Positions 1-8,984 of a DNA stretch of 64,000 bases are shown one piece after another. The DNA comes from a virus: the IMG/VR virus record IMGVR_UViG_3300006310_000001. One strand, 5' to 3'. The notes under the pieces were generated by a model, which was not told the DNA's origin, searched no databases, and worked only from the letters and a program-made list of their open reading frames with translations. A program made the translations under genes and the position numbers. Every line of letters begins with the position of its first letter. Position 1 is the stretch's first letter.

Positions 1-211
1 GATATACACGTAGAGGTCATTATATCTATTTGTGGAATAGTAAATATGTAAAAGGAAAGAGATACTGATTTTTGCCGAGTCGCCGTTGCTTAGGTACTTG
101 GAGCATTCTTGCAGACACTACACAGATATATATAATTTAGATGTTTCCAACAATGATAGCAAAGACTATGAATATAACAACTAATACGTAAACACTTAGC
201 ATTCGCTACGC

Positions 212-568
212 TCAGTCATCCCAAGGAAAAACCTTATCTAATTGTTCTCTTGCACGTAAGACAACTTTACGTCCTGGCTTTGTATATTCAATTGCTTTAA
301 CTTGTTCTTTGGGCTCGCCTTCCCATTCAAATCTGTAATCCTCATTTTCAGGTATCCAATTAACACTAGGGGTCTCGTATGCCTCTTGCGGAAGTTTAGT
401 CCAGATACTATCAAAGAGTTCTTGCTCGGACATCATACCCATTTGATTGTACACTTTACCGTGCATTTCTTTACTCATCAATTTCAACTTCTCTTTATTG
501 TATTCTACTTTACGTTGAAAGTCCCAGTACTCTTTTAAGTCGGCGTATGATTCTTTTGTTATGGACAT
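212..568 (-). CDS. hypothetical phage protein
   Basis: 118 aa ORF co-oriented with neighbours; no recognised motif. Confidence 0.6.
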   Translation of the reverse strand: MSITKESYADLKEYWDFQRKVEYNKEKLKLMSKEMHGKVYNQMGMMSEQELFDSIWTKLPQEAYETPSVNWIPENEDYRFEWEGEPKEQVKAIEYTKPGRKVVLRAREQLDKVFPWDD

Positions 569-740
569 ATAGGGATATTTATGCTGGCCGGTTTTTTTCT
601 GGAAAAGGAAGTGTGTATATTGTTTGTGTCTGTTATTGCATTTATAGTTTAAGTTTTTTAATTAATTAAACAAATGCGTTTTCTCTGGCCTCGTTTTTGA
701 GATTTCTTTTTAGAATTTTTTGAGTATGATATATATATGT

Positions 741-1808
741 TTAGTTCAAATCAATAGTGGCGCCTCTATGTATTACTGACATAGTAGTGTTAGATGTCTT
801 ACTGCCTTCTATGGTCTCTCTCTTACTGCCCCAAATATCAGATACGTAATTGCCTTTTACTTTCAAATTATAATCACCGCCTACATTCATATTTACATTG
901 CCTTCAACGGTGACCATATTGATATCGCCTTTGTCTACTTGTATGTTAACGTTTGCATTCGGTCCTATCTGTATGTCATAGTTGTTATTGGCTGATTGGC
1001 TTTTGTTAATAAAAATCTTATGGCGACCATCTATAGTAATGTCACTATTCCCGCCGATACTGTGACGTTGATGACCTGTTGTGATTTCAAATTTGTCATA
1101 GGCATTCAGGTAAGTAATATTGCCAACAGGATCAATTTCATATGACGTGCCTCTAAAATGGCTTTGATAAATTCTTTCTGCGCCAGGCGTATCATCTATT
1201 TCAAAAATATGTCCCTTCTCACTTTCGTAAACTTTGTTATAAGGATATTGTGCGTTATAGGTAATGGCAGGTTGATCCCAAGTTGTGCCATCACTTGCTT
1301 TTATTTCGCCGCCATCTGCGTTAGTGGTTGCGTTAAAATCTGCTGTCGGTATGCCAGTTGCGACATTCATTCTTGCCGTTAATGCAGGATGCGTATTATC
1401 ATTGGTCGCCAATCGATTCACATCACTCTCACCCACATACAAAGGATATTCACCAGAAGGATCAGCAAAACCTTTTGAAGTATCAGCCGACTGAACAGGT
1501 CGCCCAGGTATAGAACCAAGTACAACTGGCTCTTGGCAATCTGTGCCATCTCTAAAGTAACCGAAGACCCAACTGCCTTGTAATAAAAAACTTGGACTAG
1601 AACCCAAACCTGAAATGCCTGGCGATGTAACAGGCAGTACAACTTGCGCCCAAGGCAAGTCGGCAGTTGGCAAAACTTCTTTGTCGTGTGTGTGTATGCC
1701 TATGCAACGTACTCGCACTCGTCCTATCTTGTAAGGGTCAAGTCTATCTTCAACAACTCCGTTAAACCAAATGAAGTCATTGAATCCTAAAAATGTTGAG
1801 TTAGCCAT
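741..1808 (-). CDS. gp5: T4 gp5-like baseplate hub/spike protein (OB-fold plus beta-helix, no lysozyme domain)
   Basis: N-terminal WFNGVVEDRLDPYKIGRVRVRCIG and LPWAQV...GSWVFGYFRDG motifs of the gp5 OB domain; YPYNKVYESEKGHIFEIDDTPGAERI motif; C-terminal beta-strand repeats. Confidence 0.9.
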   Translation of the reverse strand: MANSTFLGFNDFIWFNGVVEDRLDPYKIGRVRVRCIGIHTHDKEVLPTADLPWAQVVLPVTSPGISGLGSSPSFLLQGSWVFGYFRDGTDCQEPVVLGSIPGRPVQSADTSKGFADPSGEYPLYVGESDVNRLATNDNTHPALTARMNVATGIPTADFNATTNADGGEIKASDGTTWDQPAITYNAQYPYNKVYESEKGHIFEIDDTPGAERIYQSHFRGTSYEIDPVGNITYLNAYDKFEITTGHQRHSIGGNSDITIDGRHKIFINKSQSANNNYDIQIGPNANVNIQVDKGDINMVTVEGNVNMNVGGDYNLKVKGNYVSDIWGSKRETIEGSKTSNTTMSVIHRGATIDLN

Positions 1809-1839
1809 TTAGTTTTTTCCCATATTGTTTTTCTTTTAA

Positions 1840-1985
1840 TGCGTAGCACTTACGCAATTTAATATTATTTAGTTATCCTTTACGCAACCTTTACGCAGGC
1901 GAGTGTGTAAACTGCGTAAAGAAAATAGTTTACGCAGGCGAGTTTGCGTACCAGCGACCACCTTTACGCACTCTTGCGTAAAAGG
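1840..1985. repeat. cluster of nine TACGCA/TGCGTA hexamers forming direct and inverted repeats
   Basis: Copies at 1840,1851,1881,1892,1913,1931,1945,1965,1975; TTTACGCAGGCGAGT repeated at 1890-1904 and 1929-1943; hairpin CCTTTACGCA-ctct-TGCGTAAAAGG at 1961-1985. Confidence 0.9.
1866..1872 (-). promoter_or_regulatory. candidate T4-like late promoter (CTAAATA) for gp5
   Basis: Variant of the TATAAATA late consensus ~60 nt upstream of the gp5 start. Confidence 0.5.
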
Positions 1986-2102
1986 TATTATTGTACCTAA
2001 TATGTCATTTTGAAACATATTGAATACAGCGGAGTGGCTGTGTGGCTTCGCAAACAGCCTAGATGTCTGGCGACCTTGCTGTGGTATGCTCAGATGACCT
2101 GC

Positions 2103-2131
2103 ACTATACACGATACCGCTCACATTGTCAA
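2103..2131 (-). promoter_or_regulatory. sigma70-type promoter TTGACA-N17-TATAGT
   Basis: Near-consensus -35/-10 with 17 nt spacer, pointing into the repeat array. Confidence 0.7.
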
Positions 2132-2294
2132 TCCCAAATGCTTCAAGTTGTTCATAGTTTGTTCTTATATGCTGTGTCATAATGCTGTCGTATTCTCTAA
2201 AGAGACCTGCTGGAGTGGTAGTTCTTACACGTCTTGCGTAGCAATACCCAAAATTTTGCGAATCTCCGAGGGTCTTTCAGTTGTTCCCCTTTTA

Positions 2295-3791
2295 CTATAA
2301 TCCAAATTTACTAGATATACCTGCCTTCTGTATTATTTGTTCATCCAAATCATAAGCATTATGTGATTGTCCTTGTGCCACGTGTGTCCACTCATTATGT
2401 TCTTCTGGATATGCCGTTTCAGGATTATCTTTAAATGCTTTAACTAGGATCAAATATTCTGTTGGGTCTCTTTTAACAATATGTTTTAAATCATAAATTA
2501 AATAACGACCTGACCAATAAGGAGATAGTTTTTGTTTTTGATTATGCCCTAGAGGTTTAATTAAAGGTACATCAAATGTAATAATATCTCCTACCTGTAA
2601 ATGAGATAAACCAAGAGCAACAAATGTTAAAGTACCATTAAATAATAATCGTCTTTGTGATATTGCCTTTTGTAGTGTAAATTTAGCACTCGCATTATAC
2701 GAGTCATTATGTATATTGCTTGTATGAGATTTTAACATCACCCTTGAATCAAATTCTTCACTTAAATATTTACCTGTGTCCTCAAATTTAGCACTAGGTA
2801 GTGGTATCTTACTATTACCTTCTTCACTTCTTTCAGTATGAAAATGATTTTCCCAATCTTTAGCATAATCATATTCAGATGTGGTCACCGTTTTATTAAA
2901 CATATCGTGTTCAATTAATTTACTTGCATAAGCGCCTGTTGATAAACTATTTACCATATCAACTGGTTTGTTAATTGACCAACTTCTTACACCTTTTAAA
3001 TCTGTTGAAACATCCCTACCACCACTATGATGACGTATAGGTTGGACTTGAAGACGGTAACGCCATCTTGATGGTCGTCTACCAGCACCTGACATTGCTA
3101 ATAATGATTCAAGACTTCTAAAATGATAGCCTTCATTGTTTTCATAAAATAGGTAATTTGCATTTTGATATCGTTCAGCTATTGCCCTTTGTTGCAACAT
3201 ATTAATAGCTTGAAATGGAGTAGTATTTGGTATTACTATTTTAGTAGGATGTACTGTAGGTTCTATGTATAAATCTTTTCTACTGTTAAGATATTTTTTA
3301 TTCTTAAATATATCTTCAACAGCTAATTCAACTGCTCCATCATATGCCTTACTAACTTTACGTATTTGATTAAACATAACTTCTCTTGAACAAAAATAAA
3401 TATCATACGCTTGAATATTCTTACCTGCTTTAATATCAGGTGCTACATTTTCAATTCTAGTTATGTGAAATGGGTGACCATTATCATTGCCTGCAACACC
3501 ACGTGGACCCTCCAACCCTGGTGTATGAAATGATAAATTTAATTTTTCTAAACCTGTAATTGGTAATATTGTACGTATATCGTTTGCGTCCAATACTTGT
3601 ATCCTACCATACATTGAATGGTTAAAAAGGTTTTGGTCTAATTCTATTTTACCTATAATGCCTGTAATGTTCATCCTGTATGGCACATTGCCAACACCTG
3701 GACCACCACCTGTTATTCTATAAGATATAATTTCAGCGTTATCTATAACGTATTCACCCGCTCTTGTTAATTTCTCTGGATTACTTGCCAT
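2295..3791 (-). CDS. baseplate hub-like structural protein (gp27-like position)
   Basis: 498 aa ORF between gp53 and gp5; YLFYENNEGYHFRSLESL motif resembles hub proteins of marine T4-likes. Confidence 0.6.
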   Translation of the reverse strand: MASNPEKLTRAGEYVIDNAEIISYRITGGGPGVGNVPYRMNITGIIGKIELDQNLFNHSMYGRIQVLDANDIRTILPITGLEKLNLSFHTPGLEGPRGVAGNDNGHPFHITRIENVAPDIKAGKNIQAYDIYFCSREVMFNQIRKVSKAYDGAVELAVEDIFKNKKYLNSRKDLYIEPTVHPTKIVIPNTTPFQAINMLQQRAIAERYQNANYLFYENNEGYHFRSLESLLAMSGAGRRPSRWRYRLQVQPIRHHSGGRDVSTDLKGVRSWSINKPVDMVNSLSTGAYASKLIEHDMFNKTVTTSEYDYAKDWENHFHTERSEEGNSKIPLPSAKFEDTGKYLSEEFDSRVMLKSHTSNIHNDSYNASAKFTLQKAISQRRLLFNGTLTFVALGLSHLQVGDIITFDVPLIKPLGHNQKQKLSPYWSGRYLIYDLKHIVKRDPTEYLILVKAFKDNPETAYPEEHNEWTHVAQGQSHNAYDLDEQIIQKAGISSKFGL

Positions 3792-3792
3792 A

Positions 3793-4335
3793 TCATTGTC
3801 TTATCAAATTTTTAAATTCTTCTACGAATAAACCAAGATATTTTGGTTCAAGGACTTTAATTTGTCTTTTCTTGTCTAATAATCTTCGTTCATATTCAGC
3901 ATTAGTTACTGCGCCTGCGCCTGCGTCTGTTGAATTGCACTCTATCATATGAGAATAATCTTCAGGTCCACCACCTATTTGAGGTCCACTTGATTGTAAT
4001 TTTTCATAATGGTGTACTGCTTCAGGTTCATCATATTTGTCTTTTAAAAAACTTTCAAATTGTATATTTGACAACGGCCAATCGTAATAAACATTTTCAA
4101 TATTGTTTATCATACATACAACCCAAAAATAATCTGTATCACCATACAATTTAAATGCCACGTGTTCTGGTCTTTCTCCATCATCAACATCATATACTTC
4201 TAATAGAGTTAAATTATCTTTTATTTTACTTTTTATTTTAACTCTACGAAATATATCAGGTACTAATTTGTAATGTCCATTACCTTTAATGTCATATATC
4301 ATCTTCGGAAACTGTGAAAAATATGCTTCAGCCAT
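3793..4335 (-). CDS. gp53: baseplate wedge subunit gp53
   Basis: YFSQFPKMIY N-terminus; LysM-like DGERPEHVAFKLYGD..YFWVV..IN..YYDWPLS. Confidence 0.9.
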   Translation of the reverse strand: MAEAYFSQFPKMIYDIKGNGHYKLVPDIFRRVKIKSKIKDNLTLLEVYDVDDGERPEHVAFKLYGDTDYFWVVCMINNIENVYYDWPLSNIQFESFLKDKYDEPEAVHHYEKLQSSGPQIGGGPEDYSHMIECNSTDAGAGAVTNAEYERRLLDKKRQIKVLEPKYLGLFVEEFKNLIRQ

Positions 4336-5597
4336 TAAAATCCTTTCAATATTTTCTGTTTCGTCATAAATTCTAATTCAACAAATGTTAAATCAATAGT
4401 ATATGTAACTGGTGCGTGGTCGTGAAACGTTTTAAAATTACCACCTTCGGGTGAATAACTTACATCACATTTCTTTAAAGCACATCTTGATATTTTATGT
4501 AGCTTCTCATTGATTCCACCTACATCATCCTCTCCAGCTCTTGGAGGATCATTTTTTAAATAATGTATTTCAAATTCTGACGGATACAAAAACATACGTC
4601 CCTTCCACTCATCTTCCTCTTTCCAAGGGTGCATATGATACTTAAACAATGTAATTATATTTTGTACTCTTTCAGTTTCATCATTATTTCTAGGAAAGAA
4701 TTTAAATTGATATGAGAATTCTCTAAAATTAGGATGTTCAAATACTTGTTCTCTATGGTTATTAACCGCCATTCCCATATTCTTACCTAATATTTTAACC
4801 CAATCACCTACCCCAGCACCTGCACCTAAACTTCCAAGTAATTTCTGCAAATTTTGAATAGCAATACCAGTTCCGTGTCCTAACATACTTTGAATTAAAT
4901 CTCCACCAGTTTCTTCAGAATCTTTTATATCTAACCAAAGTTTAGATACATCTCCTGCTAACATTGCTTCTTCTGTACCCCATTCCACACCATAACTAAC
5001 TTTAATATCAGGTGGCATATATAATGCAATTGCACTAGTCACCATATCGTTAGGTTTATAGCCAGCTGATACAGAATTAAAGTCTTCATAGTCAGTTGAA
5101 ATTTTAGGTATAGTAATTCCTTTTAATTTATATTGGTCTCTCATTAAATCCATATCACCACCTGTACCACTTTCCTCAATATTTTGCCTTCTCAAAATAT
5201 CTGTTTGGGATGCTTTCGGCATACCCATACCTTTTGACAATTGTAAATCAGCAGCAAGTTCTTTGCCTTTATGAAGATTGGAATTAATTGTAAAGAATAG
5301 TATCCAATTACCTAATTCATTGCCTGTTAAATCTGCTGGATATTGTACGTGTTGGAATCCTAAAGGATCAGTTTTTTTGTAATTTGAGTATCTATCTTTC
5401 TCTTTTTCAAATGGAGATTTCTTCATTAATGCCTGTATCTCAGCGGCATTTGAGCTAGTTTTTACATTTTGACTGCCCCAACTGTTAATAAGTGATAAAG
5501 GATTCATTGGATTATTCATTGCCTTGTTAACCACAAAACTCTTAACACCTTTTACTGCGTTATTAATAAATCTCTTTATATTGACATTGTTTCCCAT
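4335..5597 (-). CDS. gp48: baseplate tail tube cap gp48
   Basis: IALYMPPDIKVSYGVEW; NNHREQVFEHPNFREFSYQFKFFPRN; YPSEFEIHY. Confidence 0.85.
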   Translation of the reverse strand: MGNNVNIKRFINNAVKGVKSFVVNKAMNNPMNPLSLINSWGSQNVKTSSNAAEIQALMKKSPFEKEKDRYSNYKKTDPLGFQHVQYPADLTGNELGNWILFFTINSNLHKGKELAADLQLSKGMGMPKASQTDILRRQNIEESGTGGDMDLMRDQYKLKGITIPKISTDYEDFNSVSAGYKPNDMVTSAIALYMPPDIKVSYGVEWGTEEAMLAGDVSKLWLDIKDSEETGGDLIQSMLGHGTGIAIQNLQKLLGSLGAGAGVGDWVKILGKNMGMAVNNHREQVFEHPNFREFSYQFKFFPRNNDETERVQNIITLFKYHMHPWKEEDEWKGRMFLYPSEFEIHYLKNDPPRAGEDDVGGINEKLHKISRCALKKCDVSYSPEGGNFKTFHDHAPVTYTIDLTFVELEFMTKQKILKGF

Positions 5598-5609
5598 TTT
5601 GATCCTTGT

Positions 5610-5617
5610 TATAAATA
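5610..5617 (+). promoter_or_regulatory. T4-like late promoter TATAAATA for gp4
   Basis: Exact consensus ~30 nt upstream of the gp4 ATG. Confidence 0.75.
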
Positions 5618-5624
5618 CTTCTAA

Positions 5625-5632
5625 TATTTATA
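5625..5632 (-). promoter_or_regulatory. T4-like late promoter TATAAATA for the gp48-gp53 operon
   Basis: Exact consensus on minus strand ~28 nt upstream of gp48. Confidence 0.75.
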
Positions 5633-5649
5633 TGATTTATAGGTAATAT

Positions 5650-6084
5650 ATGAGAAAGAGTTACAAAGGAATTTACAGACCAACGTACCCTAGAAAGTAT
5701 GTAGGCAACCCTAATATGATAGTGTATAGGTCACTATTAGAGCGTAGGTTTATGCACTATTGCGACCAAAATCCTGATATATTAGTTTGGGCAAGTGAAG
5801 AATTGCCTGTAAGATACTACAATCCATTAGACAAGAAATTTCATAGATACTTTCCAGACTTCATCATTAAAACAACAAAGAATAAAAAGTATATGATTGA
5901 AATTAAACCATCAAGACAAATAGTAAAACCTAAACCACCTAAAAAGAAAACTAAATCTTATATGCGTGAGTCATATGAGTATATCAAAAATAAAGCAAAA
6001 TGGCAAGCAGCCAAAGCATATTGTGTAAATAATAATATGGAGTTTAAGTTACTTACTGAAAAGAATTTAGGTTTTAAATACTAA
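5650..6084 (+). CDS. gp4: head completion protein gp4 (TnsA-like nuclease fold)
   Basis: KYVGNPNMIVYRSLLERRFMHYCD..WASEE..YFPDF..IEIKP. Confidence 0.9.
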   Translation: MRKSYKGIYRPTYPRKYVGNPNMIVYRSLLERRFMHYCDQNPDILVWASEELPVRYYNPLDKKFHRYFPDFIIKTTKNKKYMIEIKPSRQIVKPKPPKKKTKSYMRESYEYIKNKAKWQAAKAYCVNNNMEFKLLTEKNLGFKY

Positions 6085-6382
6085 ATGATGTGCCACATCC
6101 ACAAGAGGATTTGGCTTTAGGGTTGTTGAATACAAAATTAGAACCAAATAAATCATTTTTATAATCTAATTGCATACCTAATAAATACAATTCAAATTGT
6201 TTATCTACTAATAATATATTATCTACAAGAATATCCTCTGGTTTAGATTCATTTTCAAACGACCAATCATACCCAAACCCAGCACAACCACCACCCTTTA
6301 CAGATAATCTAACAAATACTTTTCTATTTGTTTGTGTTAATTCTGTTAATCTATTTTTTGCGTTTTCTAATATTGTTATCAT
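6074..6382 (-). CDS. iscA: A-type Fe-S cluster carrier (IscA/SufA/HesB family)
   Basis: RLSVKGGGCAGFGY and C-terminal SCGCGTSF; likely start MITILENAK at 6382. Confidence 0.92.
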   Translation of the reverse strand: MITILENAKNRLTELTQTNRKVFVRLSVKGGGCAGFGYDWSFENESKPEDILVDNILLVDKQFELYLLGMQLDYKNDLFGSNFVFNNPKAKSSCGCGTSFSI

Positions 6383-6389
6383 TAATATT

Positions 6390-8336
6390 TTATGAACCCA
6401 TCCCACTATAAGTTCTTTGGTCAATTAATGCGTGTCTTAATCGTACTCCATCAACAGATCCATTGCCTGAATAATTGTTAGACTCAAAAAGATTAGTTGA
6501 ACTATTATTTTGTTGATTGTTTTTAGAACCATCAATAATAACTGGTGCCATTTTTTCTGAAATCATACCAACTTTCAATGGCTTGTGTTTATTTTTCATA
6601 TCTAGTTTACTTTGGTTTACAGAGTCAATCATCATTTTATTTTGTTCTTCTGTAGAATACATAGCCATCATTTTTTGGACATCAACACCAGCTGCTTTAT
6701 CTGGTCCCCTACCAGAGTACATCCACACCCAATCATTATATTTTTGTGCCAATCTTTTTTTCTCTCTCTCAATCTCATTTTTCTGCTTCTTCCAATATTT
6801 TGCGTCTTCTGGTTCCATTTCAACAGCAGTACCTATTTTTTGTAAGTCCATAAATCTTGGATCACTTTCCAATGCTTTTATATTATCTTGTATTGGTCTT
6901 ACTTTGTTTTGAAAGTTTACCCAACTTTCCATAGAGTCTCCCATATCTTTATGACCTCCTTCACTAATACTCTTTAAATAACTTTCGCCAGATAAGAAAC
7001 CAGCTTCTCCTGCGTCATCCTTTTCTTTAAACATATCTTTAGCCGTCATCTGAATATTTTGGTCCATAGCCATTAAGTCTAGCCACAATCGTTTAGAATT
7101 TTCTTTTCCTAATTTTTGTGATTGTACTACAATCTTCATATTATAAAGAAATTGTAATAATTCTTCTGCCTTATCTTCATCATCTAATTGAATTCTTAAT
7201 GTTTTATCATCCATTTTAGTAGTTTTGTCAATAGATTTAGTAATTTTATCAACTTCTTGCATATTAAACTTACCTTTTTCACCTTCTAATTTTGATTTCT
7301 TTTTTGCTGCTGCTGACGCCAAAACTAGCTCTTGTCCCATAGTTAAATCAATACCAAACATTTTAGCTATCCCTGGACTTATTTGTGCTATAAAATGAGA
7401 CCTATGTTCGTTTAGTCTTCTTTCAAATTCTTTTTGCGATAAATCTGTTGACTCATCTAAATGTTCAAGCATTGTGTTTTCAATTTTGCCGATGCTACTG
7501 GCTATAAAACCAGCACCTGCCGCTAATGCAATTGCAAGTGAAGCAGCTATCAAAACTGGCATACCTATTGTCATAACAGTACCTAATGCTAAACCACCTG
7601 CCATAGTAAATTTGGCACCAAATGCTGCCGCTAATGCTACTGCTGCTGGACCTGTTATAGCAACACTTGCCCAATCAAAACCTGATACATCACTAGCTAG
7701 TTTATCACCTGTTAACCAATCTACCATAGACTTCATACCAAGAGCAGCAACAACAGGTAATGCTAATAACAATGCCTTTTTAACATTAAACATTGCCATC
7801 AAAGCGGCAACAGTAGGCAACGTTGTCATAATTGCGTCTTCGGCGGCACCACCTTCTAGGGACATTTTTTTAACTAAAGCTGAACCTGCCATAGCACCTA
7901 ACAATCCCCAAAGAGCACCTTTAAATACTTTTGAAAAAAACAATCTCAATCCACCCAATGTTAATAATGTTGCAGGTACCACATTTTTCAAAGTTTGTAA
8001 AAATCCACCTTCATCTGTTGTATTTACAGCACCTGCTAAACCTTTAGGTGTTGGTGGTATTGGTTTTTGACCAGGTTTTAGTTGTTCTCTAAATCTACGG
8101 TCTTGTTCTTTTACAAAATCTAATTGTGCTTTTAATGTATCCCAAACATCACCCAACTTGGCAACAACAGCTGATTGTAATATTGTAAGTTCTTTTAATA
8201 CAGTATCAACAGGACCAGACTCTTTAGCAGTATCAGCTGCCATCGCTTTACCACCAAGCAATGTTGCGCCTACTTTAGATTGTATATTATTTGCTATTAA
8301 CGATACGTTGTCAGCAACTACTACTGAATCTGCCAT
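6390..8336 (-). CDS. gp29: tape measure / gp29-like tail length determinant
   Basis: 648 aa, helical, long Ala/Gly-rich hydrophobic central segment, located in the tail module. Confidence 0.65.
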   Translation of the reverse strand: MADSVVVADNVSLIANNIQSKVGATLLGGKAMAADTAKESGPVDTVLKELTILQSAVVAKLGDVWDTLKAQLDFVKEQDRRFREQLKPGQKPIPPTPKGLAGAVNTTDEGGFLQTLKNVVPATLLTLGGLRLFFSKVFKGALWGLLGAMAGSALVKKMSLEGGAAEDAIMTTLPTVAALMAMFNVKKALLLALPVVAALGMKSMVDWLTGDKLASDVSGFDWASVAITGPAAVALAAAFGAKFTMAGGLALGTVMTIGMPVLIAASLAIALAAGAGFIASSIGKIENTMLEHLDESTDLSQKEFERRLNEHRSHFIAQISPGIAKMFGIDLTMGQELVLASAAAKKKSKLEGEKGKFNMQEVDKITKSIDKTTKMDDKTLRIQLDDEDKAEELLQFLYNMKIVVQSQKLGKENSKRLWLDLMAMDQNIQMTAKDMFKEKDDAGEAGFLSGESYLKSISEGGHKDMGDSMESWVNFQNKVRPIQDNIKALESDPRFMDLQKIGTAVEMEPEDAKYWKKQKNEIEREKKRLAQKYNDWVWMYSGRGPDKAAGVDVQKMMAMYSTEEQNKMMIDSVNQSKLDMKNKHKPLKVGMISEKMAPVIIDGSKNNQQNNSSTNLFESNNYSGNGSVDGVRLRHALIDQRTYSGMGS

Positions 8337-8347
8337 TGATTATCCTA

Positions 8348-8488
8348 TTAGATACTATCCATTATTGCTTTAACAAAGTCAGCATTTGCTTTCTTTGTTT
8401 TATCACAAATGGTTCCTGCTGTATCAACAGTTTCACTACATAATTCTTTTGAAACTTCAATACACCATCTTTTTATTTCTTTTAACAT
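8348..8488 (-). CDS. small hypothetical protein (46 aa)
   Basis: Manually read ORF MLKEIKRWCIEVSKELC...IMDSI, start overlapping the upstream stop. Confidence 0.5.
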   Translation of the reverse strand: MLKEIKRWCIEVSKELCSETVDTAGTICDKTKKANADFVKAIMDSI

Positions 8489-8976
8489 TATTCGTCCTTT
8501 TTATGTTTGCCTAGTATCTCTACTATTTCCCAAGTACCATCACCATAATGATGTACTCTTGCGTCCACTAAATCACACATAAATGCTAATGACTCACCAT
8601 CTATCTTGTAAGTAATACCATTTATTTCTACACTATCTGTTTCTTCAGATTTGTTTCTCCACTTTTTCTCTACTTCTCTTTTAGTCTTTAAGCAATCGGA
8701 CATACTATTTGCACCTTTATGGTCAATTAATGAACCATCTGCAAATACGCATACTGCAAATACTACTTCTGGTTTATTGTGTTCGTGGTCTGCACCTTCT
8801 ACTGGACAAATTTGGTGTCCATCATCTCCGCAACCTGTACAATCTGCATTGGCTCTTGTACTATGCAATACTACACCAAATACTATTGCAATCAAAAACA
8901 AACCTGCTAAAATCTTTAATAACATTCTAGTGTCGCCGTTTCTAAATCCTATCATATCGTATAATTTTTTAAACAT
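8488..8976 (-). CDS. secreted/membrane Cys-containing hypothetical protein
   Basis: N-terminal hydrophobic segment; several Cys; DCLKTKREVEK motif. Confidence 0.7.
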   Translation of the reverse strand: MFKKLYDMIGFRNGDTRMLLKILAGLFLIAIVFGVVLHSTRANADCTGCGDDGHQICPVEGADHEHNKPEVVFAVCVFADGSLIDHKGANSMSDCLKTKREVEKKWRNKSEETDSVEINGITYKIDGESLAFMCDLVDARVHHYGDGTWEIVEILGKHKKDE

Positions 8977-8984
8977 AGTTCTCC

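Noticed and set aside
1840-1985. CRISPR-like array
   Set aside because: The repeats are 6-15 nt, in mixed orientation and irregularly spaced, with no 25-40 nt unique spacers and no cas genes.
2112-2126. lac operator-like string (AATGTGAGCGGTATC) within the promoter spacer
   Set aside because: Partial, non-palindromic match; no vector context; probably coincidence.
1869-2180. 103 aa ORF (and overlapping 2010-2300 + ORF) in the gene 5 upstream gap
   Set aside because: It runs through the repeat array and a strong promoter, has atypical composition and repeat-derived motifs (TRLRK twice); more likely non-coding.
7474-8070. Long plus-strand ORFs opposite real genes (e.g. 7474-8070, 6517-6912, 9959-10801, 60097-60630)
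   Set aside because: Antisense shadows of well-supported minus-strand genes, with no motifs.
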